A DNA stretch of 64,000 bases from Octopus sinensis (taxonomy: Eukaryota), in assembly GCF_006345805.1 (NCBI RefSeq), contig NC_042997.1:154318001-154382000 (forward strand). The letters run 5' to 3'. Numbering within the stretch: position 1 is the first letter of the stretch; every line of letters begins with the position of its first letter. Shown here in pieces: positions 11,300-23,520 of this stretch. The position numbers and the translations under genes are program-made. The notes under the pieces were generated by a model, which ran no database searches, was not told where the DNA came from, and saw nothing but the letters and a program-made list of their open reading frames with translations.

Positions 11300-11620
11300 A
11301 GCCCTTGCATGCACACAATCAATAACGAACATTTCTCAGTGAGGTTGCATCTTCAATCAGATATTCTTGTTGTGTGGTGCAAATATATTTGGTGTTAAGT
11401 CTATCCTGATGGAATCGCAGCAGCACTGAGTTGAACATGTGATCTGTGTGGAGGAGAGTAGAATCCCCAAGGCAATGCTCTGCAGCGGGCTGAACCATTG
11501 GAGAGTGCACCCAAATCTCCACTGTAGGGATGTCATCAAATGACATTGCAGTGATGGGGTTGGTCTGATTGTGACTACAAGGGAGAAGACAGTGATTGAT
11601 TGCCAACAACGGTGAAGGAC
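11300..11620 (+). mobile_element. RTE/BovB-like RT C-terminal remnant
   Basis: HVICVEESRIPKAMLCSGLNH...RDVIK resembles the GHVxRMEExRIPKxMLYGEL motif. Confidence 0.6.
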
Positions 11621-11929
11621 TATAAAGAAAGGTGTAAATGTTGTGTTAAATTGAATGAAATAACTAGAAGTATAAGAGAAAAGGTTAGATCATCATCATA
11701 ATTTAACGTCCATCTTCCATGCTGGTATGAGTTGGACAGCTTGACAAGATTCACAGGGTCTAAGGACTTGTGTCATGTTCCAATGTCTGCTTTGGCATGG
11801 TTTTTATGGCTGGATGCCCTTTCTAAGATCAGTCACTTAACAGAGTGTATTGGGTGCTATTTTTGTGGGGCCAGTACTTGTGAGGTCACTATGCAACTTG
11901 TAAGATTAAGATCCCCTTCAGCTGAGTGG

Positions 11930-12560
11930 TGCTAAATTAAAAGGAGGTGATTACATCAACCCCAGTGTTTCACTGGTGCTTAATTTATCAACCCCGAAAG
12001 GATGAAAGGCAAAGTTGACCATGGCGGAGTTTGAACTCAGAACGTAGCATTTCATCCAGTGTACTAATGATTCTGTCAGCTTGCCACCTTGTATAATAAT
12101 AATAATAATAATAACCAAAAAATTTTTGGCATATGGCTAGCAATTTTGGGAGAGGGGGCTAAGTTGATTACATCGACCCCAGCGCTCAACTGGTACTTGT
12201 CTTATCGACTCCTGAAAGGAATGAAAAGGCAAATTTGACCTTGGCGGAATTTGAACTCAGAACATAAGGACAGACAAAATACTGCTAAGCATTTTGCCCG
12301 GTATGCTAATGATTCTGTCAGCTCACCACCTATAATAATAATAATAATAATTCTTTCTACTACAGGCACATGGCTTGATATTTTCGGAGAAGTGGGGAAG
12401 GCTGGTCAATTACATCAACCCCAGCACTCAGCTGGTACTTATTTTATCAATGTGAAAGGATGAAAAACAGATTTGACCTTGATGGAATTTGAACTCAGAA
12501 TATAAAATTAAAAGAAATGCTGTTAAGCATTTTGTCCAGCTTCCTAACAATACTACCAGC
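11930..12560 (-). mobile_element. Three tandem SINE family E copies separated by (AAT)n
   Basis: Copies at about 11930-12090, 12120-12330 and 12350-12560, each with GGATGAAAGGCAAAGTTGACC..GGAATTTGAACTCAGAA. Confidence 0.85.
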
Positions 12561-14399
12561 TTACTGCCTTAATAATCTACTATAATAATACTCGTGTTTT
12601 TCTCCGTCACAACATAAGGATGAGGACGGAAGGGGTGATGGGAAACTGGTAGTGGGAATATTTTAACTCTGTGAGTATATGTATGAATGTTTGTGTGTGT
12701 GTGCAATAGAAGTGAGATGGTGAACATTCAATGCTGAAAAGAAAAATCAAACAGCGTTTCAACTTTATGTGAGTATATGTGTATTTGGGTGAGCGTGTAC
12801 AAGGGAAGTATGTGAATGTTTTGCATGTGTAAACCAGTGTTCTTTCAGTAACAAATGATGATCAGTCACATCTCAAAATACAACCACTAGATAACATTGA
12901 CAAGTGTATTAATTTGATTTACTATCCATATATATGTATAAAATACTACAATTAGCTGTCATTTTTGACAGCACGGGGCCAGCTAATAATAATAATAATA
13001 ATAATGATGATGATGATTTTTTTATTGCCTCTGACACAGCAATTATTTTCCTCCTGTTTTTCTATACTTCTATGCTTCAGTAGAGTGTTTTACTACTTTT
13101 AGCCGTTTGTCATCTCCTTTGAGAGATTCAGCCTCTTAAAAGTAGCTATCACTTCATCTCATGTCATCATTGGTTTTCATATACGAAGGTTCTCTGTTTA
13201 TTTTATATTATTGTCATCATTATGAATGTAATCAATAACATAATTATTGATTATTTCTAACATAAACACAAGGTCGCATACTTTTAGAGAGCAGATGCAA
13301 TTAATTATACTGACCACAGCAAAGTCAGGTTTCAGGTGGTGGGAATTTACAATATAAAAAATTAACTAGGGTATGGCTAATGTGATTAATAAAGTAGAAA
13401 ATCCTGGTATGTTGTTTGGAATTATGTGTTACCGACAAGATATGCTTAGCAGTAAGAAAGAAAAAAATAACAACAACATCAAAAAAATCAAATGATTGCA
13501 AATATAGTTTTAATTATGATAATGGTTTTTGGGAGATTTACAAGTTTGTCTTGTATTGCCTGAAAATATGGTTTTCAACAGATGATAATGGATTTTTTTT
13601 TCTCCCACCCAGATTTTATGCTTATATGCCTTTATGGCTATTAACTTAAGTTCGCATGTAATTCAGTACAATTGTACAGCCACCAATCTGTTATCACTTG
13701 GAAATCAAAGAAGAAACTAATCTATTGAAGTGTTGATGTAAAAGTCTTTTGGAGTAGAATTTTGCAATTAGTCTTTTCATGTTTACTAAGGTTTTCATTG
13801 AAATACTTATGTACTCAGCAAGGGGTGAAAATTATGCAGGTTGTAGAGTGGGGCAGGAGGAAAGAAATGAGGAAAAGACACTCATATCAGAAGCGTTTTC
13901 AATTCTACTAAAACTTGTTTACGTAAACTGCTTTGTTTTATTTATACCCAGCATACTTTCAGAGATTGTATGTAGATGGAAGGAAAAACGTATAAAAGTT
14001 GGCCAGTAGAGTTGTAAAATATTTATTATCATTAGAATACCAGAATGTTCATTCATAGTTTTACTCTTGTGATTAAGGTGACTTAGTTTAAGAGGTTGTA
14101 TCATCTTGTATAAACTGAGTGAATTTTATTTTCATATTTAATTAAATATATATTATCTATTGTTTGTTTCATCTTCTCATATGTAAATATGCTGGTATTT
14201 GTATCTGTTTATCTACGTATATACACACAAAACACACGTGTTGTGTATCTGTACAAGGTCCACCATGTAATTGAGAAGATATAAAGAAAAACAAAAATTT
14301 TTAAATAGAAAAAGAAAAGCAATATATTTTTGGTGCACATGTTCAACCAATATGTATTAAAGAAACTGGTTATTCAATAAATCCACCCTCAATCTTCAG

Positions 14400-15260
14400 G
14401 TTGCCTGTCGTGTCTATGGTGGCAGCCTTCGAGTGCTTTGTATTGTGGCACTGCCAGTTGGTCTCCCTCTTGACAATGATCAAACAATTATTTAGGAGTT
14501 TCAAATAAGAATAACTAGCAGATCGCATGTTAGCAGCACATGGTTGCAAAAATTACCAGCCTGCCACTCTTTGATCATGTGGGAGAGAGCAGAATTCTGC
14601 TGGAAGATGTACAGCCTTCCCTGGCCCAGTTCCTTGAACCAGTGATCTTTGTCCAGTACTTCAATGTAAGTGCTGGCATTGATCCTGGGGCCTTTTGGGA
14701 AGAAGTGATTCATTGTGTTCGTCTCCTCCAGAAACATGAAAGACAACAGGAATTTTATGTGCATGTTCATTGTTGTGAGTAGCTCAGTGGGGTCTATGCA
14801 AAGCCAGCTCTCATTCCTCCTATTCACCTTCTCATTCTGGTTGAAGTTCTAACTGAAGAAGAACCAAAGTATGATGGTTTCCTTCAATGTCAATTCCATG
14901 AGGTCACACACTTTTCCCAAATATTGATAGTCATGAATTGCCCTCCTAATTATGTATAATTTGCACTTGGTATCCTCATGCACTACATGCACCACATATC
15001 TCAAAGTGGACTTTAACACTATGAGCTGCTTGATGATGGCCCTCATCAAGTTTCTTGTTGTTGATGTTATCTGGACTTGGTAGGCAAACTCAGGTGCCCT
15101 AATGAGATTTAGCCCCTGAGAACCTCTGCACATGTTCAAGAAACTGTTAGTCTTTGAGAATCTATGGTTGTTAGCTTCAGCCATAAGCACTACCTTTTCA
15201 TCTCTCAAGCCAGACTGGAGTCTGTCATGTTGGTACTATTGATACATCTGAAGAAGAGAT
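14400..15260 (-). mobile_element. Tc1/mariner transposase remnant
   Basis: IRAPEFAYQVQ, VHED, WFFFS, NHFFPKGPRINASTYIEVL, YIFQQNSALSH; stops and frameshifts. Confidence 0.85.
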
Positions 15261-16981
15261 GAGAAAGTTATAATTTGGTGTATGCTGCGTAACATTCCGT
15301 TAGATTATCATCTATTTATTGTCTGCTAATATTATACTCACAAATACCCAGTGCCCTGTGTGTGTGTGTGTGTGTGTATACATACATACATACACACAAC
15401 CAATATCACTTCTCACAAGAGCTGTGACAACACAGTATAGTTGGGCATAGTTCATTTCAAAAAATGATTGCTGGCAGTTGTTTATCTTTCATTCATTCCA
15501 TTCAGTGTTCAGCTTTTCACAAGTTATTTTTTCAACATGGATTATTATACAGTAGACATGAGGTTGTGGTTTTTATTTTTATTCTCTTCTTCATCATTAT
15601 CTTTCTCTTGCTCTAAATATTAACTTTGGTATTTTTGCAATCCACTTCTTTAACAATTCTTCATTAAATATTTACTCATTGTTCTCGTCTGTTTGTTATA
15701 TCTTCTTCACTTTTAATGTAGTGTCGTAATCTGTTGGAAAAAGAGAACAGACAAACAAACTAATTTTTGTACATAGTTTTTGTATTTTGATATTTGTATC
15801 TGCTGAGCCATAAGATGGTTTTGAGCCCCAAAGTCAGCTTTGGCTTGTTTTCATACATTCATGTTTGTTTTCATAACTTAACTAATGTTAAGTTATGAAG
15901 AATTATTCAATTGTAGATTACATATTATAGTTTTACAAAAATTTGGGTGAGATTGATTGCAAAGTTTGACTGTCTGATGAAGGTTAGCTAGCCTTCATTG
16001 GACACTCTGATGAGGGCTTGTAGACCAAAGCTTTGAAATCACTGCTCTCTCTCTCTCTCTCCCCTCCTCTTATAAAAGTATAACTTAATAACACACACAC
16101 ACACACAACATACACACATTTTAAAGTCACATTTTATAACTTCACAACTGATAATTTCGACTGGGTTCAACAGGTTGATTAAAGTCGATTTAAGCACTAA
16201 TTGTGTGTATATGAATACGCAAGTCAAGTCACAAGGAAAGTATCAATCGTTCTTATATCAGCAGCTGTACTCCTTTATTTATCTGATAAAGATAATGAAC
16301 TGTCAACAGGCTAATCCTCCCTCATGAGTAACAGTTCATTTCTGGAGGAAGATGTGGTACAAATGTCTTATTAACATGGTGTTTCATAAGTTTGCAGTTG
16401 TGAGATCAGGTTCTCCCATTGACCTAGAGAAGGTAACAAGATATCACTTCAGTGTAATTTCCTCTCCTCAATCATTTACATAACATCCAGATCTGTAGTT
16501 ATAAACTAACGATGCTATTATTGTTACTTGCTGGTACTAAAATGACTGACTGCGAGTGTATGTGTGTACATGTTGGCCTGTGTTTGTGTATGTATGAAAA
16601 ATAAGCTGTATTTGAGCATATATATGTATGTTTGATGATGATGATGTTTATGCATATGAATGCACACACACACACACATGCATGCGCACACACACACTCA
16701 CGCACGCGCGCGCACACACACACACACACGTTTCTGAGAGACTGTCGTTATAATTACCATCATCATTGTCAGGACTGAAAGCAAAATTTGATTAAATGTT
16801 TAAATGCCTCAATTGAGTTACTGTTAATAAGATTAAAATCGTTCAGATTATTAACTTCAACTATGAAAATGAATTATTTAAAAAATATGTAGTCAATGTA
16901 TTTTGATTGAGTTGATCTACATTAGTCATCAGATGTTTTATTCCTGAATGTATACATAATACCTGGTTGGATTCAATCTAG

Positions 16982-17395
16982 TCATCATCATCATCATCAT
17001 TTAACGTCCACTTTCCATCCTGGACGATTTGACTGAGGACTGGCAAACTAGACGGCTGCACCAGGCTCCAATCTGATCTGGCAGAGTTTTTTCAGCTGGA
17101 TGCCCTTCCTAACACCAACCATTCTGAGAGTGTAGTGGGTGCTTTTACGTGCCACCTGCATGATGGCCAGTTAGGCAGTACTGGCAACAGCCACACTCAA
17201 ATGGTGTTTTTTACGTGCCACCTGCACAGGAGCCAGTCCAGCGTCACTGGCAACGACCTCACTTGAATGTTTTTTCGCGTGCCAGTAAGGCGACACTGGT
17301 AATGATCACGCTCGAATGGTGCTTTTTATGTGCCACCGGCACGGAACCAGTTAGCTGCTCTAGCAATAATCATGCTCGGGTGGTGCTCTTAGCAC
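16982..17395 (-). mobile_element. RTE LINE 3' UTR fragment
   Basis: Same family as 2725; followed by (TA)n. Confidence 0.85.
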
Positions 17396-17420
17396 TATGT
17401 ATGTATATATATATATATTT

Positions 17421-17452
<32 letters not shown>

Positions 17453-18165
17453 CCATGAATTAAACAACAGGTAGTGATAGAGATCAAACTGCTGGAAACA
17501 TGGTGCAGTTACAATAGTTGTTAATACACATTTTAACTATAATTTTAATAGAAAAGCTTTGTTATTTATAAATTGCTTAAGATAGGTATTTAAACATCTT
17601 GCTTTCAATCTCAGTAATGAAGATGATAGTTATAAAAACAGTCTCCCACAGATATCAACACACACACACACACACACACACATTGTATATTGTATATTCC
17701 TTCTCTCTTTCCATGACTTATGCATTAATCAGTACATTAAAAAAATTAAGATATTAAAATCTGATTTGTAAAATATTTTAAAAAATTAAGTATTTCTCAG
17801 GAGCAGAATGAGTTCCTTCATTCAAATGGTTTGAGTGTCTAGGTTGAAGCAGCTGAGTGCCCCATATGTTGGGCTCTGCAAAGAGATAATTAACTTGAAG
17901 CTATTGACCAAATCTGCAGTTGTAATATAAAGCCATCTTTTATGTGGTAGGCCTAACATTCCATGTGATCTAACACCACTACTTGGATCTTGTGTGAAAG
18001 TTCATGAAGTTGTAAGCATTTGACCCACACTATTTGGTCCCCTCCCTGTTGGTATTAACTTGCTAATGTTCCAACTGAGCATCAATTGTAGCAATCTGGA
18101 AAGGGCTACAAAATGATGGTCACTGACTTATCTTGCAAACTAAAGTATATGAAAATAACAGTACA

Positions 18166-18550
18166 TCTCTCTATATATAAACGGCAGTTTGTCTGTGTGT
18201 GTGTGTCTGTGTGTCTGTCAGGTTGTACCCTCACCCTGACCACGGCTTTCAACCGATTCTGATGAAACTTGATACACACATAGCCCAATGTCATAATTCA
18301 AAACTAACGCAGCGAAAATTTTGAAAAGTTCCCCCAGTTCTGAAAAAAATCGATAAATTCGACATGGGTTCGAGAATCAGAAACACAAACCACAGACTGT
18401 CTAGGGGACGCAACTCGACCTTTTTAACTAAAAAAAAAAAATTACCATAATTCTTTTCCATTTTTTTGCTATTTTTTGGCTATAACTCTCTAAAAATGCT
18501 TTATTGTTATTTCCCTTACAAACCCGAGCAACGCCGGGTGATACTGCTAG
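18166..18550 (+). mobile_element. Non-autonomous Helitron
   Basis: Starts TC after A (18165); subterminal hairpin CCCGAGCAACGCCGGG (18523-18538); ends CTAG before T (18551). Confidence 0.85.
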
Positions 18551-18688
18551 TAATAAATAAATAAATATAAGCGGAGCATTATGGTAGAAGATAAATTGAA
18601 AAGAAGGGATTAGGAAACTATTCCTTGAAGCTAAGTAGAAATGTAGATACTGTTATATAGTAAGGATCAAGTAAAGAAATTGCAAGTA

Positions 18689-18744
<56 letters not shown>

Positions 18745-19432
18745 GTGAGATATCAGGATGTCATTGATAAAAAAACTGTCATTTTAGTGATCTTGCCTTC
18801 AATGATAGTTAAAATGCAGACGAGGAACTATTACTAATAGATGTTGTTAGTTCTACATTTTTCAGTGAGATCCTTTTTATTGTTTTGATATGGTAGTGTG
18901 ATTTGGCTGCTATTTCAAGCAGGTTAGTGACAGTTATAGGCCCCCCTTTGTTGGGAGGTTTTTTTTTTTTTGCTTTGGTGATGAAATGAATAAGTCTTTC
19001 AGTTTCAGATATAATCAGTACTAGTAGTTGGAGGAGGAGGAGAACTTTCAAGGGTAGTTGCTCAGAGTAAAAACAGCTGGATGGATTTAGGATACTCTAG
19101 TCTTTTGCTTTCACTACTTGTGAATGTATTCTTTCTGATGACTGCTGTAACAGCATTATTATTAGACGTTACAAGGATAAGAAGGAGATGCATTTGAGAG
19201 AGAGGAATTTCAAGGTGCATTAAACAAGGAATTTGCTAACTACATTCAGTGATTGCTAGTAGAAAGAGCCACACTGAAGGTTGTGCAGAACAGATTTAGA
19301 TTGACTATGATGTAGCTTAGGTGCAAGAATGCAGAACAGCTGATGGCATATTTTGGGTAAGAATGCTGCAAGAGGTCTGCTATGAAATTAGCTTGTAAAC
19401 AACAAATGTTACCCGCTTTGATTTTGCCAACA

Positions 19433-19467
<35 letters not shown>

Positions 19468-19782
19468 TATTAAGTCCTTTGTGATTAGGCAATGAACAAA
19501 ATTAGATAAGAACAAATTACTTGAGTGCTGCTCAGCTTACATGAAAATACTAAAGTTAGCGGTCAGAAACAGAATCAACATTAGGTTCACTGTGAAATTT
19601 CGATGAATTATACAATTGTTCATCAATGTCTATCCTTGTCCATAATTGTTGCTATTTAATCTCGTCAATATTAATCCAGCAGGTACACTACAAAACAATC
19701 TTTTCTAGTTGAGATCATTGTCATTTTTGTTTTAAGATATATTGTATCTAAGACTATATTATTGTGTTCTTCCTTCATAGAA

Positions 19783-20150
19783 TCATCATCATCATCGTTT
19801 TAACATCCGCTTTCCATGCTAGCATGGGTTGGACGATTTGACTGAGGTCTGGTGAACCAGATGCCTGCGCCAGGCTCCAATCTTGATCTGGCAGAGTTTC
19901 TACTGCTGGATGCCCTTCGTAACGCCAACCACTCTGAAAGTGTAGTGGGCACTTTTATGTGCCACCAGCACAGGGGTCAGTCAGGCGGTACTGGCAATGA
20001 CCTCGCTCGAATCTTTTTACACATGCCACTGGTACAGGTGCCAGTAAGGCAATGCTGGTAACGATCACGCTAGAATGGTGTCTTCTATGTGCCACCGACA
20101 CAGAAGCCAGTTAGTCGCTCTGGCAACAATCACACTCGGATGGTGCTCTT
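19783..20150 (-). mobile_element. RTE LINE 3' UTR fragment
   Basis: Same family as 2725. Confidence 0.85.
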
Positions 20151-21260
20151 GAAGATTTGGTTACTGCTATTTCTAACAGGTTGCATGGTTGTGAAGGAGC
20201 TTCTCTCATTACTATCCTAGTCTTTGAAGCCTTCTTAAAAGTTTTCAGCTTTTCATTACTTTGGTGAGTTATGTTGATGAATTGTAGAAATCCAATACTT
20301 GGAGTAAACAAAAGAAAATATAATCTAGAGATTAATTTGAATGTATTACTAGTTCCTTCTTTGCATCTGTTAATGAACAAAGGGTCAAAATTGTTAAGAA
20401 TCCTTAACCTACAACAAACATTTGTGATATTTGGAGCGCAAATACTGCCAGAGATTTTCTGAATATCATTGAAGTTGTTCAACTCCAGCTCAGCCTTGAT
20501 TTAGCAACATATAATAGACATTCCATCCACCCATCACCTCTTCCAAGTCATTTTTTTTTTTTTGGACTATGTAATGTATCCTTTCTTACACCATAACTGT
20601 AGGGTTTGATTTGAGGAAGATATTACTGTTGTTTCTAGCAACTGAAGGGGTCCACCTAGAGGCTCTTTTACATTTATTGTTTTAGTAGTAGTAGTAGTAG
20701 TCACTACTAGGTAGATGTAGGTAATGAATCAAGAGAAGGTCTCATAGTAGCTAGTGGTTTAAGAATTAGGTAAATAAATGACGACGACGGTGGTGGTGGT
20801 GGTGGTGGTGGCACTATGCTTGGCATGTATATGTTTTTAGTATGTAGATGTGTGTGTATAAGAATCTACATGCACACACACATACATTATAATCCAATGA
20901 AATGCTCTTGAGTTCTTCCTACAAAATATGTGTTAGGTGTAGATTAACAGTATGCTTTCATTCTTGATATTGAAGTGAAGTAATATAGTTTTTGCTCTTT
21001 CTGTATTTCTAAAGAAATTGAAATATTAATTTTCAGTAACTTCCATTTCACTACTTTTGAATTTGTATTATTGATAATTTTTTTTGTGTGTGTGTGTGTT
21101 GATAGATAGTGCATCTTCATCCAAACACAAAAGCTAATCATTGTTAATCCTAAATTTGATTGAATGTTTTGAAAAGAAAAACCAGTCGCAAAAGTCAAAG
21201 TGTATAATATACTGAAGTGCCATGTGGAGAGAAAATAATAATGATGATAATAATAATAAC

Positions 21261-21291
<31 letters not shown>

Positions 21292-21551
21292 TGTTTCAGG
21301 CATTCTCTAATGAAATATTAGATAATTTTTCTTCTTGTAATACACCAGCTGGCATAATCCACATTTTAAACATATCAAATGAAAGTTTAGTTGACAATGG
21401 TTGGTGCTAAGAAGATTATTTGATGTTAGAAGTTGATAGCTATGTTAGTACTAACATATTTAAAATGCATTGAAGTAACTTGCTCATTAAGTATGTTTGT
21501 TCTGATTTAACTGTTTTTCTTTCTACCATCATTCTTTTAAGTTGATACTCC

Positions 21552-21815
21552 TCATCATCATTCAGTGTTTTAAATCTGGGTTTTGTCCTCATTAACGGAG
21601 GTGGCCAGATCTACCTCAATGCCATAGCAACTGCCCTCACACCATCTTGCCATCTCGTCCAGTTTTTGGCATCCTCCTTTTTCAAACCAACCCTCCCAAT
21701 CTCCTCCTCACCTTTTCCTCGGTTTTGCACTCCATTTACCTCAAATGCAATCACCCTCATCAACACATGTCCATACCACCTCACTCCATTCACCCTTGCC
21801 ACCCATTCCACCTAT
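21552..21815 (-). mobile_element. 3' end of a second RTE family
   Basis: NGVRWYGHVL...IGRVGLKKEDAKNWTRWQDGVRAVA. Confidence 0.8.
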
Positions 21816-21855
21816 TAGTGTTTATTTACTAAAACTGTGTGTGTGTATATATATA

Positions 21856-22250
21856 TCATCACCGTCATCATCATTTAGTGTCTATTGTCCATGCTGGCAT
21901 GGATTGGAGTTTGACCAGGGCTAGTAAGCTGAGGGCTGCACCAGTCTGATTTGGCATGGTTCCTGCAGCTGGAATGTAATGGGTGCTTTTATATGCTACT
22001 CCAAGAATGTAATGGGTGCTTTTACATGCTTCTGGCACGGGTACCAGTTGCAGGATGCCAGTATTGGCAACAACTACAATTTCATTTGGCTTGATGACTC
22101 TTCTTCTTTGGCAAAGCATATTGCTAAAAGGTCTTGGTCATTTGTCATCACCACTGTGAGACCCGACACTTAAAACGTGCTTTTTACATCCCACTGGAAC
22201 AGGTGCTGGTTACATAACACCAGCATTGGCTACATTGCCTCCGTGAGACC
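21856..22250 (-). mobile_element. Degenerate RTE 3' UTR fragment
   Basis: (CAT)n start, CCATGCTGGCATGG, internal GGTGCTTTT repeats. Confidence 0.7.
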
Positions 22251-22261
22251 CGTATATATAC

Positions 22262-22315
<54 letters not shown>

Positions 22316-23221
22316 GAATAATCAATATATTCACTATAATTACATTAGTCAAGTCACGTTGCCTATGCATGAAAGAACCAATGTGCAGAAGAACCAACAA
22401 TAAACACTATTACATATATACATGTGGAATTTCTAGTAATCATTGATTGATATATAGCTAAACTGGTATATACTTGAATAAATACCCCTAGGAGAGAACA
22501 CCCTCTTTCCATACAGATCTTTATAAATATAGATATTGCCATTTTAAGGCTGCTAATACTGGTAAAACTATGCTTTGCTGAGGAGGCCTAATAAGCCTGA
22601 AGTATGTTCAGAACTGTTACCACACTGCTAAATATCAGACCCTTCCTCACCTGCAAACTTTTATTCTATTTTCAATTAATTTGAATTATAAGGTTGGCTC
22701 TTCTACATTCTTCTTGACTCAAATTGATTATTGATTTTTTTCTCTTTACTCGAGGCATAATTTTTATTAAATGTTCTTGGTTTATGTTAACACTGTCTTT
22801 TCTAGAAATACATAAATACATTGCTGTTAGGCTGTTAATGTTTTAAATTCATGGATCATGAAAAAAAGGTAACTAGAAATAATTATGTGATATGGAAATT
22901 CGTATTAATGTAATTTTCAGTTTTTGGGTAGATTCAGGATACAACTCTGTACATGTTTTAGTCTTATTCTGACCTCATCAAAGTTTGATCCTCATTAATC
23001 ATTGTGTCTAAGAGATGGAGTCTTGGTTATCTTTGATAATGAAGGACTAATTTATTGTAAGGCCTCAATTATCCCCCTGCATAGCTGCTATACCAAAATG
23101 TTTGTATAACTTTTACTATGAATATTTTTTTCATGAGCTTGTCAAGCATTATAAGGACCATCTTGAAACAATAAAAGAGCAACAAAGGTGCATACTGAGA
23201 TCAAACTAAGTACCAGCTGAT

Positions 23222-23520
23222 TGCACATGGCTTAGTAGTTAAGGTATTTGGCTCAAGATCATAAGGTCATGAGTTCAATTCCCAGTAACACATTGTGTCC
23301 TTGAGCAAGACCAGTCTGCTCAGCTGGCAAAAATGAGTAGTACCTGTAATTCAAAGGGCAGCCTTGTCACATTCTGTATTATACTGAATCTCCCTGAGAA
23401 CTATTTTAAGAGTATGTGTGTCTGTGTTGTGCTCAACCACTTGCATGTTAATTTCACGAGCAGGTGTTCTGTTGATCAGATCCACTAGAACCCTTGTTGT
23501 CATAACTGACATGGTGCCAA
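23222..23520 (+). mobile_element. tRNA-derived SINE (same family as 3128)
   Basis: TGGCTTAGTAGTTAAGG...GAGTTCAATTCCC head; body CTCCCTGAGAACTA...GTTAATTTCACGAGCAGG. Confidence 0.8.

Noticed and set aside
15540-15731. Strong minus-strand acceptor (TTCTCTTTTTCCAACAG) followed by a purine-rich stretch
   Set aside because: All frames stop within about 18 codons; the peptide pieces look like a decayed LINE RT.
15974-16031. Two CTGATGA motifs with nearby hairpins
   Set aside because: Neither is followed by a stem II plus GAAA; not a supportable hammerhead or C/D snoRNA.
20111-20482. 123-aa minus-strand ORF
   Set aside because: It runs from unique AT-rich DNA into an RTE UTR copy; no homology or splice support.
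21290-21410. + strand open frame after TTTCAG (AFSNEILDNFSSCNTPAG...)
   Set aside because: No homology recognised, the upstream tract is (AAT)n rather than pyrimidine-rich, and no upstream exons were found.
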